Assembly: GCA_963532875.1 (NCBI GenBank)
Contig: CAUSLO010000001.1
Coordinates: 17,867-81,866 of the forward strand
DNA length: 64,000 bases
DNA from: an uncultured Clostridia bacterium
GTDB taxonomy: Bacteria; Bacillota; Clostridia; Christensenellales; CAG-917
Reading direction: 5' to 3'
Shown here: piece after piece, positions 9,779-18,500 of the stretch
Position numbering within the stretch: the first letter of the stretch is position 1
How the letters are laid out: each line of letters opens with the position of its first letter
The notes under the pieces: model-generated
Told to the model about the DNA's origin: nothing
The model's database searches: none
The model's input: the letters and a program-made list of their open reading frames with translations, nothing else
Program-made: the position numbers and the translations under genes

Positions 9779-10534
9779 ATGAAAAGAATAGCAATATATG
9801 GGAAAGGTGGAATAGGTAAGACAACAACAGTTTCTAATTTAGCAACAATACTTGCTAAACAAGGTAATGTGGTCTTACAAGTAGGTTGTGATCCTAAGGG
9901 GGATTCAACCATTCTTCATACTCACGGCAAGAGAATCAATACAGTTTTAAATGCATATATAGAAAAAGGAGAAAATCTTGAAATCAGCAATTTTCTAGTT
10001 GAAGCAGATGACGGAGTCCTATGCATAGAGGCTGGTGGTCCTACTCCAGGAACTGGATGTGCTGGTCGTGGAATAATAACAGCGTTTGAAAAAATTAAAG
10101 AATTAAAAGTGTTTGAAAAATACAAACCCGATTACGTCTTATATGATGTCCTTGGAGATGTTGTTTGTGGTGGGTTTGCAATGCCAATAAAGAACGGATA
10201 TGCAGATGAGTTGTATGTTGTAACATCTGGTGAAATGATGTCATTATATGCAGCAGATAACGTAATAGAAGCCGTTAGAATAAATAAGAATCCAAGCATT
10301 GCAAAGTTTAAGGGCGTTATACTTAATAAGAAAAATATAGAAAATGAAGATGAAACAGTCTTAAAATTTTGTAAAGAGAAAGGTGTAGATTTAATACAAA
10401 TTATAGAACGATCACCATATATTCAAGAAGCTGAGAAGAACAGCAATACCGTAGTGCAGCAATTTCCAGACGCAGAAATAACGAAAAGATATTTTGAATT
10501 GGCTCAAAAGATAAGTGGGAAAAATGAACAATAA
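9779..10534 (+). CDS. NifH/BchL/CfbC-family ATPase (nitrogenase iron protein-like, 4Fe-4S)
   Basis: 251 aa from ATG 9779 (MKRIAIYGKGGIGKTT). Walker A GKGGIGKTT, switch I GCDPKGDST, cluster ligands in GTGCAGRGIIT (Cys 10058-10060) and YDVLGDVVCGGFAMP (Cys 10166-10168). Confidence 0.9.
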   Translation: MKRIAIYGKGGIGKTTTVSNLATILAKQGNVVLQVGCDPKGDSTILHTHGKRINTVLNAYIEKGENLEISNFLVEADDGVLCIEAGGPTPGTGCAGRGIITAFEKIKELKVFEKYKPDYVLYDVLGDVVCGGFAMPIKNGYADELYVVTSGEMMSLYAADNVIEAVRINKNPSIAKFKGVILNKKNIENEDETVLKFCKEKGVDLIQIIERSPYIQEAEKNSNTVVQQFPDAEITKRYFELAQKISGKNEQ

Positions 10535-11081
10535 CTTACAACATTGCAACATGGATATAATAGCGGAAGAGTTATCTTGTTATGGAGATATAACTATCCT
10601 AATACTTGGGGCTCATGAATGTTCATATTTCGTCCATAAATTTTCTAACGACAATATTTATTCATATTTGCTAACCGATAAAGAATTGGCTTTGGGTAAT
10701 TATGATGAATTAATTGAGAGTATAAAAGAATTAGAATCCAATAATAGAAAGTTAGTAATAATATCAACTTGCATTGCTCAAATGGTAAATATTCGTGCTG
10801 ATATAGAATTCGAGTTAGGGGCAAGAACAGTTTTCATAAACGGCTCAGATTTTAAAACGTGTGCAGATATTTTACAAACTTTATATGAGCAACTTTTGTT
10901 AAAAGAGAACATTGAAATCAAAGATAAAAAATCTATGTTAAAAGAAAACTACAATAACTTCGAAGAATTACGTGATGATATTTTCTGCAAGCAAGTATTA
11001 TATAACGATAAAAAATACGAATTGATTCTTAATCATTTACAAGACAAAGATGGGGTAATTGCTACATATGCCACTAATTAA
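10524..11081 (+). CDS. short nitrogenase component-1-like protein (first domain only), Cys-bearing
   Basis: 185 aa; overlaps the NifH-like gene by 11 nt. By eye it matches the conserved N-terminal domain pattern of NifD/K-BchN/B-CfbD proteins: GAHEC (Cys 10620-10622), LLTDKELALGNYDEL and VIISTCIAQMVNIRAD (Cys 10770-10772). Confidence 0.55.
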   Translation: MNNNLQHCNMDIIAEELSCYGDITILILGAHECSYFVHKFSNDNIYSYLLTDKELALGNYDELIESIKELESNNRKLVIISTCIAQMVNIRADIEFELGARTVFINGSDFKTCADILQTLYEQLLLKENIEIKDKKSMLKENYNNFEELRDDIFCKQVLYNDKKYELILNHLQDKDGVIATYATN

Positions 11082-12216
11082 AAACGGCATAGTGCCAAGT
11101 GTGAGACACAATCTATATAAACAATTAGAACTAATAACAGACTTGGCTTTGTTGGATCTATCTGGTAAGGGGCATGCACTGTACAACTTAGGGCATAATT
11201 CCTTGTTACATATAAAGCAACCAAACAGCGATAATTTATTCTCTTTGCCACTTACAGATGCAGAAGTTGCAGTTTCAAATTTTGACAGAGTATATAAAGA
11301 GATTGAAACAATTCTTGATAAGGGTTACAAGAATTTATTTTTGATGCCATCTGCAATTGCAAAACTAACAAACTTTGATTACGAGCAGTTAAGATTTAAT
11401 ATTATAGAAAAATTCAATTTGAATGTTTTCTATTTGGCTGATAGTGATGAGAAAACATTTTTAACAAATACCATATTCAATTTAAATTCGCAGGCAAATA
11501 GAACTAATAACCCAAAGGATGGATTCTCTATTTTAACGCCAGTATTTAGTTATGAGAGCAAAAGAGATGCACGATATGTAAAGCATTTTATCGAAACGAC
11601 CTATGACGTGAAATGTGTCTTCAGCAACGCCGAGCGATTCAACTTATCTGACGTGACTAATTTATATAACAGTCAGGTAATAATAACGCTGAGCGATGAT
11701 TTCAGCGGACTTGCCAATAGATTAGATAAAGACACTGAACTCATTTCTTGTAATCATATAGACCTAAAAAATGAAAGCAATTTCATAACTCAAGTCAATG
11801 AAATTTTCAACAAAAGTGTTGAAGTAAAATACCAAAAAGAGTACCAAATCATAGCGGAACAATTTAAAAATGTAATTAAATTTTCAGGCACACAAATTGT
11901 GATTTTTCTTGAAAATAATTTAAACGATAGGTTGAATAACTTTTTCAAAAGTTTAGACATCACAGTTGAAATATACACGCCATATACAAGTGATAAATAC
12001 AAAACTATTTCAATAGATGAATTTATTCAAGAATACAAGGATGGTAATCAAATAATAATCTCATACGATCGAATAGTCCGAACATTACACAGAGGCATAA
12101 CTCTTGAGTCATTAGGGTTAGATTATTATCTAATTGCACCAACTCCAAGTAGAAGAATAATGACTAATGGTGCGTTTTCTTTGATGGAGGAAATAATTAA
12201 AAATATTAACTTATGA
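11068..12216 (+). CDS. nitrogenase component-1-like protein, Cys-less at the canonical ligand positions
   Basis: 382 aa from ATG 11068 (listed TTG 11059); overlaps the upstream gene by 14 nt. Same N-terminal pattern with substitutions (NLGHNSLL; LPLTDAEVAVSNFDRVYKEI; LFLMPSAIAKLTNFDYEQL), followed by further alpha/beta-looking domains. Confidence 0.5.
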   Translation: MPLIKNGIVPSVRHNLYKQLELITDLALLDLSGKGHALYNLGHNSLLHIKQPNSDNLFSLPLTDAEVAVSNFDRVYKEIETILDKGYKNLFLMPSAIAKLTNFDYEQLRFNIIEKFNLNVFYLADSDEKTFLTNTIFNLNSQANRTNNPKDGFSILTPVFSYESKRDARYVKHFIETTYDVKCVFSNAERFNLSDVTNLYNSQVIITLSDDFSGLANRLDKDTELISCNHIDLKNESNFITQVNEIFNKSVEVKYQKEYQIIAEQFKNVIKFSGTQIVIFLENNLNDRLNNFFKSLDITVEIYTPYTSDKYKTISIDEFIQEYKDGNQIIISYDRIVRTLHRGITLESLGLDYYLIAPTPSRRIMTNGAFSLMEEIIKNINL

Positions 12217-12545
12217 GGAAAAAGTTAAGTTTATTTATTAATAAAGAGCAAAATTTATATTATCCGAGGGCAAAGAGTCATGCTTGATTAAGATTTGGCG
12301 GAAATATATGGGTATAAACCCAAAAACTTCAATAGACAAGTGAAAACAATATTGAAAAGTTTGAAGGCGAAGATTTTATATTTCAATTGAGAGAAATGAG
12401 TTTACAAACTTGAGGTGCAAAAATTTCACCTCAATTTGATGATGATTTTATGTTCAAATTAGACGAAAGTGAGTTGATATATTTGAGGTCAATATTTTTG
12501 ACCTCAAATATCAGTTATAAAAGTTTGATCGTTTTAAAAGTATAA
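12213..12545 (+). pseudogene. decayed ORF6N-domain (KilA-N-related, phage antirepressor-type) gene
   Basis: Stitching frames gives MRKKLSLFINKE/SKIYIIRGQRVMLD*DLAEIYGYKPKNFNRQVK/NNIEKFEGEDFIFQLREMSLQT*GAKISPQFDDDFMFKLDESELIYLRSIFLTSN. This matches the ORF6N consensus (IRGqkVMLDsDLAelYgV..k.LN.qVkRNieRFp.DFmFqLt..E...LRSQ..TS). Disabling lesions: a frameshift near 12235-12245, in-frame TAA at 12289-12291, a 1-nt loss in the A-run at 12343-12346, and in-frame TGA at 12411-12413. Confidence 0.65.
12479..12511. terminator. perfect 14-bp hairpin between convergent transcription units (candidate bidirectional terminator)
   Basis: ATATTTGAGGTCAA / TATTT loop / TTGACCTCAAATAT. A second 8-bp hairpin lies at 12410-12434 (TTGAGGTG...CACCTCAA). 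Neither strand has a clear U-tract, so terminator function is uncertain. Confidence 0.35.
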
Positions 12546-12591
12546 ACTTATTAAATTGCTGCACGCAAAAGCAATATAGGTTATTTGTTAA

Positions 12592-13035
12592 TTAGCATTC
12601 AAATACAAACGACAGTGGTCCGTCTTGTTGTTGTTCAATATACATGTGTGCCCCAAATACGCCGTTCTTAACAGTTATGCCTTCATTTTGAATTTCTTTT
12701 GTGATGTATTCATAAAGTTCTCTAGCACGTTGCGGCTCTTCAGCAAGGTAGAAGTCAGGTCTGTTGCCAGTTCCTTTACCCAGAGTCCCTGCAAGTGAAA
12801 ATTGAGAAACGAGTAGGATTTCGCCACCCGCTTGTTTGATATTAAGATTCATTTTTCCATTCTTATCACGGAAGACACGCAACTTGGCCATTTTAGTAGC
12901 AAAGTATTTTGCTTGCTCAAAAGTATCACCTTTAGTTATGCCAAGGAAAATAGTTAGACCGTTTGGAATCTCGCTTATTAACTTGTCATCAACAAATAAT
13001 TTTGAATTGAATGTTCTCTGTATTAATGCTCTCAT
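12592..13035 (-). CDS. dtd: D-aminoacyl-tRNA deacylase
   Basis: 147 aa. MRALIQR N-terminus, SQFSLAGTLGKGTGNRPDF (SQFTL...G.RP.F motif), C-terminal FGAHMYIEQQQDGPLSFVFE. Typical Dtd length. Confidence 0.93.
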   Translation of the reverse strand: MRALIQRTFNSKLFVDDKLISEIPNGLTIFLGITKGDTFEQAKYFATKMAKLRVFRDKNGKMNLNIKQAGGEILLVSQFSLAGTLGKGTGNRPDFYLAEEPQRARELYEYITKEIQNEGITVKNGVFGAHMYIEQQQDGPLSFVFEC

Positions 13036-13056
13036 AGAAGTAGTCTAGAGGGAATA

Positions 13057-13085
13057 TTGAAAAATGTAAACTGCTATGTTAAACT
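13057..13085 (+). promoter_or_regulatory. candidate promoter for the hexosaminidase/deacetylase pair
   Basis: TTGAAA (13057-13062), 17-nt spacer, then TAAACT (13080-13085) preceded by TG (TGtTAAACT). RBS GAGGT at 13093-13097, ATG at 13103. Confidence 0.45.
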
Positions 13086-13102
13086 TTTTTTTGAGGTAAA
13101 TT

Positions 13103-14656
13103 ATGAAAATCGTTCCAAAACCATTTTGCGTAGAATACGCAGAAGGTATATTTGTTTTCAATAAGAAAACTAAAGTTGATGTAGAAGAATATATATATAA
13201 CGAATTATTCTTTCTAGATTTTGATGAAGTTGTCGAAAACAGTGTAGAAATTAATATTTCTGACATTGAATTTGACTACATCATAGAGATTGCAGATAAA
13301 ATTAAAATTACGTTAAAAGATGAGAAGCAGTTATTCTATTCCGTTCAATCATTAAAACAATTGATTTTTGAATACTACAATGACGGAAAAAGCGAAATTC
13401 CATATATGACAATCAAAGATAAAGCAAAAATGGAATATAGGGGATACATGTTGGATATTTCACGTCATTTCTTTGGCTTAGATGTAATTAAACAAGTAGT
13501 AGACTGTATATCGCTGGCTAAAATAAATAAGTTGCATTTACATCTATCAGATGATCAGGGATTTAGAGTTGAGAGTAAAATATATCCTAGACTTAACGAA
13601 ATAGGCTCTGTACGTAAAGAAACCTATGGTGATGGGAAAGAACATCGTGGATATCTAAAACAGGAAGAAATTAAAGAACTAGTTGAATATTGCGATAAGC
13701 GAGGGATAGAAATAATCCCAGAAATTGATCTACCAGGGCATACTGTTTCAGTGATTGCAAGTTATCCAGAGTTATCATGTTTCAATACTAAAATTGAAAC
13801 TGCAACATGGGCAGGAATTAATTACTATGTATTATGTTTAGCAAATGAGAAAGTTTATGAATTCATAAGCAACTTGTTAAAGGAGATTTTAGACTTATTC
13901 CCTAGTAAATATGTACATTTAGGGGGCGATGAAGCACCAAGTTATAGTTGGTCGCTATGTCCAAAGTGCCAAGAATTATATAAAAAATCAGGTGTAAAAG
14001 GCTATTACGAGTACCAATTATTATTTACAAATAAAGTTGCAGAAATTGTTAAAGGATTAGGTAAAGTGCCAATAATGTGGAATGAAGCATTTTCTGGTGG
14101 TATGAATAAGGATGCAGTAATGCAATACTGGTCAGAGGATTTTAGAAAGAAAGTTGGAGCCAAGCATACAGCAAATGGGCAAAAGACTATAATAAGCCGA
14201 AGAACTTCACATTATCTTGATTATCCACATTATCCAACATCAATGAAAAAGGTATATAAATATAATCCAAAGCGAGATGGATTCAAGAGAATGGATAATA
14301 TTCTAGGATTTGAAGCACCATTGTGGTCAGAATTTGTACCAAATACTGAAAAACTATTTAAAAATACATTCCCAAGAGTATTTGCACTTGCGGAAGCAAC
14401 TTGGAGCGAAAATAAGAATTATAGGGACTTTAAAAATCGTCTATGCAACCTTTTGGGTATAATGGAAGCATATGAATATCCATACGAAGAGTTGAAAAAT
14501 GTTGATTCAAAGAGTATCCCAAATATTCATAAAGTAATCAAGTTTGGTATGGGATTTGCAAAGGCGGCGAATCATAAAGAGAAAGAAAATCAAAAGAAAA
14601 AAATATTAGAAATATCTAAATCGAACGGATTAGATACTTATAAACAAGAAAAATGA
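13103..14656 (+). CDS. beta-N-acetylhexosaminidase (GH20)
   Basis: 517 aa. GH20 catalytic-domain motifs RGYMLDISRHFF, NKLHLHLSDDQGFRVE, IPEIDLPGHT, HLGGDE, and W near the C-terminus (PLWSEF). Confidence 0.9.
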   Translation: MKIVPKPFCVEYAEGIFVFNKKTKVDVEEYIYNELFFLDFDEVVENSVEINISDIEFDYIIEIADKIKITLKDEKQLFYSVQSLKQLIFEYYNDGKSEIPYMTIKDKAKMEYRGYMLDISRHFFGLDVIKQVVDCISLAKINKLHLHLSDDQGFRVESKIYPRLNEIGSVRKETYGDGKEHRGYLKQEEIKELVEYCDKRGIEIIPEIDLPGHTVSVIASYPELSCFNTKIETATWAGINYYVLCLANEKVYEFISNLLKEILDLFPSKYVHLGGDEAPSYSWSLCPKCQELYKKSGVKGYYEYQLLFTNKVAEIVKGLGKVPIMWNEAFSGGMNKDAVMQYWSEDFRKKVGAKHTANGQKTIISRRTSHYLDYPHYPTSMKKVYKYNPKRDGFKRMDNILGFEAPLWSEFVPNTEKLFKNTFPRVFALAEATWSENKNYRDFKNRLCNLLGIMEAYEYPYEELKNVDSKSIPNIHKVIKFGMGFAKAANHKEKENQKKKILEISKSNGLDTYKQEK

Positions 14657-15456
14657 TACAGATAGAAGAGTATATACCAAAGACTGCAAGACACGTGCCA
14701 ATTACCCATATTGCTATAGCCGCACACAAAGATGACGGCGAGATGTTGGCGTTGCATGGAATATTAAATTGCTATGATAAGGGTGGATTTGCCCTAATTG
14801 TTCTAACAGATGGAGGGAACTGCCCCAAAAGCGGTAAATATGCAGATGTTTCATATGATGATATGGCTGAATTACGTACGGAAGAACAAAAAAGGGCAGC
14901 GACATTTGGGAAATATGAAAAAGTGTACTTTCTGCAGTTGCCATCTTCATCTTTAGAAACAGATTTTGACGAAATTTCATCAAAAGTAGCGACGATTTTC
15001 AATGAAAATCCAACGATCAAATATGTTTATGCACATTCATTGTTTGATAGACATAAGACACATATAAATGCTAGCAAAATTGCAATTGAGTCGATTAGAC
15101 AGTCTAAAAATAAGGAAAAAATAAAGATGCTCTATGGAGTTGAACTGTGGAGAGACCTTGATTGGATACCTGAAAATGAACAAATTTTACTAGATGTTTC
15201 TGGTAGTAAAGATTTCGCAATGGAGTTGTTATCATTTTTTCCTAGTCAAAATCAATCAAAGATGTACAATAAGGGTTTTTGCGGAAGAGTTGTTGCCAAC
15301 GCAACATTCTCTAATTCACATTCAAACAGTCTAGCGTCCGAGCAAATAAGGGCAATAAACATGACTAAACTTGTTTTTGCCGATAAAAAAGCAGTTAGAG
15401 CGTTCGTGGACGAGAAACTTGAAAAATTTAAACAAGAGATTTTAACCTCTTTTTAG
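14653..15456 (+). CDS. PIG-L/LmbE-family N-acetylglucosaminyl deacetylase-like protein
   Basis: 267 aa. IAIAAHKDDGEM corresponds to the AHPDDE metal motif, and FDRHKTH to the HxDH motif. ATGA start/stop overlap with the GH20 gene. Confidence 0.65.
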   Translation: MIQIEEYIPKTARHVPITHIAIAAHKDDGEMLALHGILNCYDKGGFALIVLTDGGNCPKSGKYADVSYDDMAELRTEEQKRAATFGKYEKVYFLQLPSSSLETDFDEISSKVATIFNENPTIKYVYAHSLFDRHKTHINASKIAIESIRQSKNKEKIKMLYGVELWRDLDWIPENEQILLDVSGSKDFAMELLSFFPSQNQSKMYNKGFCGRVVANATFSNSHSNSLASEQIRAINMTKLVFADKKAVRAFVDEKLEKFKQEILTSF

Positions 15457-15476
15457 TTAAATATTTTACTTTAATC

Positions 15477-15506
15477 TTGATTTTATAAGCAATTTTCCAC
15501 TATTAT
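15477..15506 (+). promoter_or_regulatory. weak candidate promoter for the giant lipoprotein gene
   Basis: TTGATT (15477-15482), 18-nt spacer, TATTAT (15501-15506). The AT-rich context makes such matches common. RBS AGGGGAG at 15546-15552. Confidence 0.3.
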
Positions 15507-15558
15507 AGTTATATATATAATAATAAAGGCTATTTTCATAGTTTTAGGGGAGTTAATT

Positions 15559-18500
15559 ATGAAAAAATTAAAAAGTTTAAAAGCATTATTAATCATCACA
15601 TTAATCGCAGTCCTAGTTTCTACTTTTGCGGCATGTACAAAAAAGAAGAAATCGAATACAAAACCAGGCACTGGCCAAATTGAGTCCAGCATGGAAGGGA
15701 AATATATTTCTTCGCTTGATGCTTGGGAAGACCTCAAGAAGGCTGGGCAGCGAACTGGAGGTTCTCGATATATAACTTTCGAGAATGACTACAGCCTTGA
15801 TTTCAACTCTCAAATCAAGGGTCAGAACAAAGCACACTCATATAGCAATGTTCCTGCATTAAAAGTCAGAATGGCGGCCAATATTGATACACAAGACATT
15901 AACTCCCAAAGCAAAATTGCATTTGATGTCTTCAATCAAACAACTGGCAAAAAAATTATGGGCTTTTATTATGACTCAGATTATCGTGGACAAGGTTCAC
16001 GTCTATTCATGGACTTTTCAGGAATACTTAAGAGCAGACACATCGAAGGGCATCAAATACATCAAGTAACGGATGCACAAGGTAATGAGAGATATGGAGT
16101 TTACACTGTAAACACAAGAGATATTAATCCAGCAACAATCATTGAGTTAATTAACAATATTTCAAGTCAATCTGAAATATCTAGAGTTTTAGCAAAGAAT
16201 TTGCTTAACCTAAATTTGGGAACATTCCTAAAAGATTCAAATGGGAAGCTAGTAGTTTCAGTAACTATTGAGAGATTATTCAAAGAATTCTTGTTAGGTA
16301 AAAACTCACTTGCTAAGAAAACTGAATTGCCAGGCGAGAATAATTACACGCTTGATATCCCAATCAACATGGGACTTATCACTGGATTAATCCCAGTTTT
16401 GATGAAACTTGTTCCAGGAGATGTTTTTGATCTAGTCAGAGAGCAATTCGGTTTAAATCTTGAAACGTTAAGAGCAATGGCTGGTATCAACCTAGTTTTA
16501 AAAGCACAAATTGAAAGTGGAAAAATTAGAAGAATTGGAGCAACTTTTGATGCTAGATTAGACTCAAGAATAGCAAGAGACCTTGAAAATAAATATGGGT
16601 CATTTGATAAAGAATTCTTGGCAAACTTTGAAAAGAAAAACAACATACTCGCTGGTTTCTCACAAAATGCTTTGAATATTGATTTTGATGATGAAAATTC
16701 AAAATATTGCATTAGGGATTATGACGGATCAAAGATAGATCTTGATAAAAGTGCAACATACAATCCATTACAATTCGATTTCAATGCAAAATTAATATTC
16801 AATCTAGAACAAAGAAAGTTCACTGTTGATAGTGCACTTGGAATGTTCGGAGACCTTCTCAAAAATGTCTTGAATGAGAATATAGACAGTAATTCACCAT
16901 TGTACAGAATGATTATTGAAACGCTACAAGGTAGTGCAAAAATCAATGTTCGTGCTGCTGGTAAATATTCAAATGTCGACTTCAATAGAACAGAAATGCT
17001 TTTAGAATTTAGAAGAGATAATGACGATTTATTGGGAACTATTGCATATCTAGGAAGTGAAGACAGAGCATATTTAGACTTCTCACCAATCTTTGGATCA
17101 AAGTTAAAACTTAAAACTTCAAAATTAGAATTTAAGAAATTCCTTGCTAATACAGCAAACGATTTGGTAGCAAAACTTAACTCTGTATTGAATCCTTTGG
17201 CTAAATCAAACGATGCAGATGAAAGAGCATTCTATGGCAACTATAGAGAACAAATGAAGGGCTACATTCCAATGTACACTACAGATGATGGTCCAAGTTC
17301 AACAATTGATTTAGTTGCAAAAATTTTACAATCAATCAAATTAGACCAAGACGAAAATATTATAAATTTAAAAACTCTACAACTTCACCTTGCACAAGAT
17401 ATTTTGAACAAAATAATGAAACAATTTGTCTTCAAGGATGATACCCCATCACCAGTTACAGACATTGACATCCAACTACTAAACGGTGGATTTGGGTTAC
17501 ATAAAGAACTTAAATTAACAGCAAAAATTGACGGTGGTGTTGACAACTTTGGTGCAAATGTAGGACTAGAATTAAAGGGTAAATTCGGTAGTTATAATAC
17601 AGAAATCAAGGGTATTTTAGATAACATCAAAGGTGATAACGAATATATAGAAATGACAACAGATTCTCTTAAAAATGGTTTCAAGAACTTAGGATTGAAT
17701 CTAGAAGCATTAAAAGTTAAAACAAAAATTCCTTTCAAATTGAGTGCAGAACTTGCAAAGAGTGATTTGTTGAAACTTAAGTATGAAAAGAAGTTTGATG
17801 CAGAAAATGGCAATAGACCAAAGTTGTTTGGGAAGACGCTAAATGAAGTATTGATTGATCTTTTGATTTCAGCACAAGAACAATTGGAACCAGATTTAGA
17901 TATTGAACTAGAAGCAGTTCTTAACCTCAAAGAAGGCTTTAACATTAAGGCTATCTTTAACTCAGAAATTCAGTTAGCTGTTAAGGGTAGATGGAAGAGT
18001 GGATCAGCATACGATAACATATTCAAGTTGAATATAAGCCAAGGTGAAATTTTCTTAGAGACAAAATTGTTGGGTATTGGAAAAGCAAAAATTAAACTAT
18101 CTGAAATACTTCCACAAATTGAAAGTTTGCTGAATAGTTTGAAAGCAAATAAGAAAACAAATGATGCTCCAAAAGCAGTTGCAGAAGACAAAATGCAAAC
18201 GTACAAGTTTGAACAAAAGGATGATAAGGGAAAATATTATAAAGCAACAGTTAATGGAAGAACCGTATATTACAAAGTTGAAAATGGAGTAATTCCAGCA
18301 ACCACAGAGAGATATTTATTAATCGCAGATGCAACTGGAGAATACGTTAAAGTTGTAAAGGAAGGCAAAACATCTTTCGTTAAGAAGTCAGAATTAGCAG
18401 AGAGTGAAAAACCTTATGTAGCCACAAAGAACGCAATAATCCCATTAGTATCTTCTTTGATTAGTGGCATTAAGTTAGGCACAGACAGAATTGAAGCATA

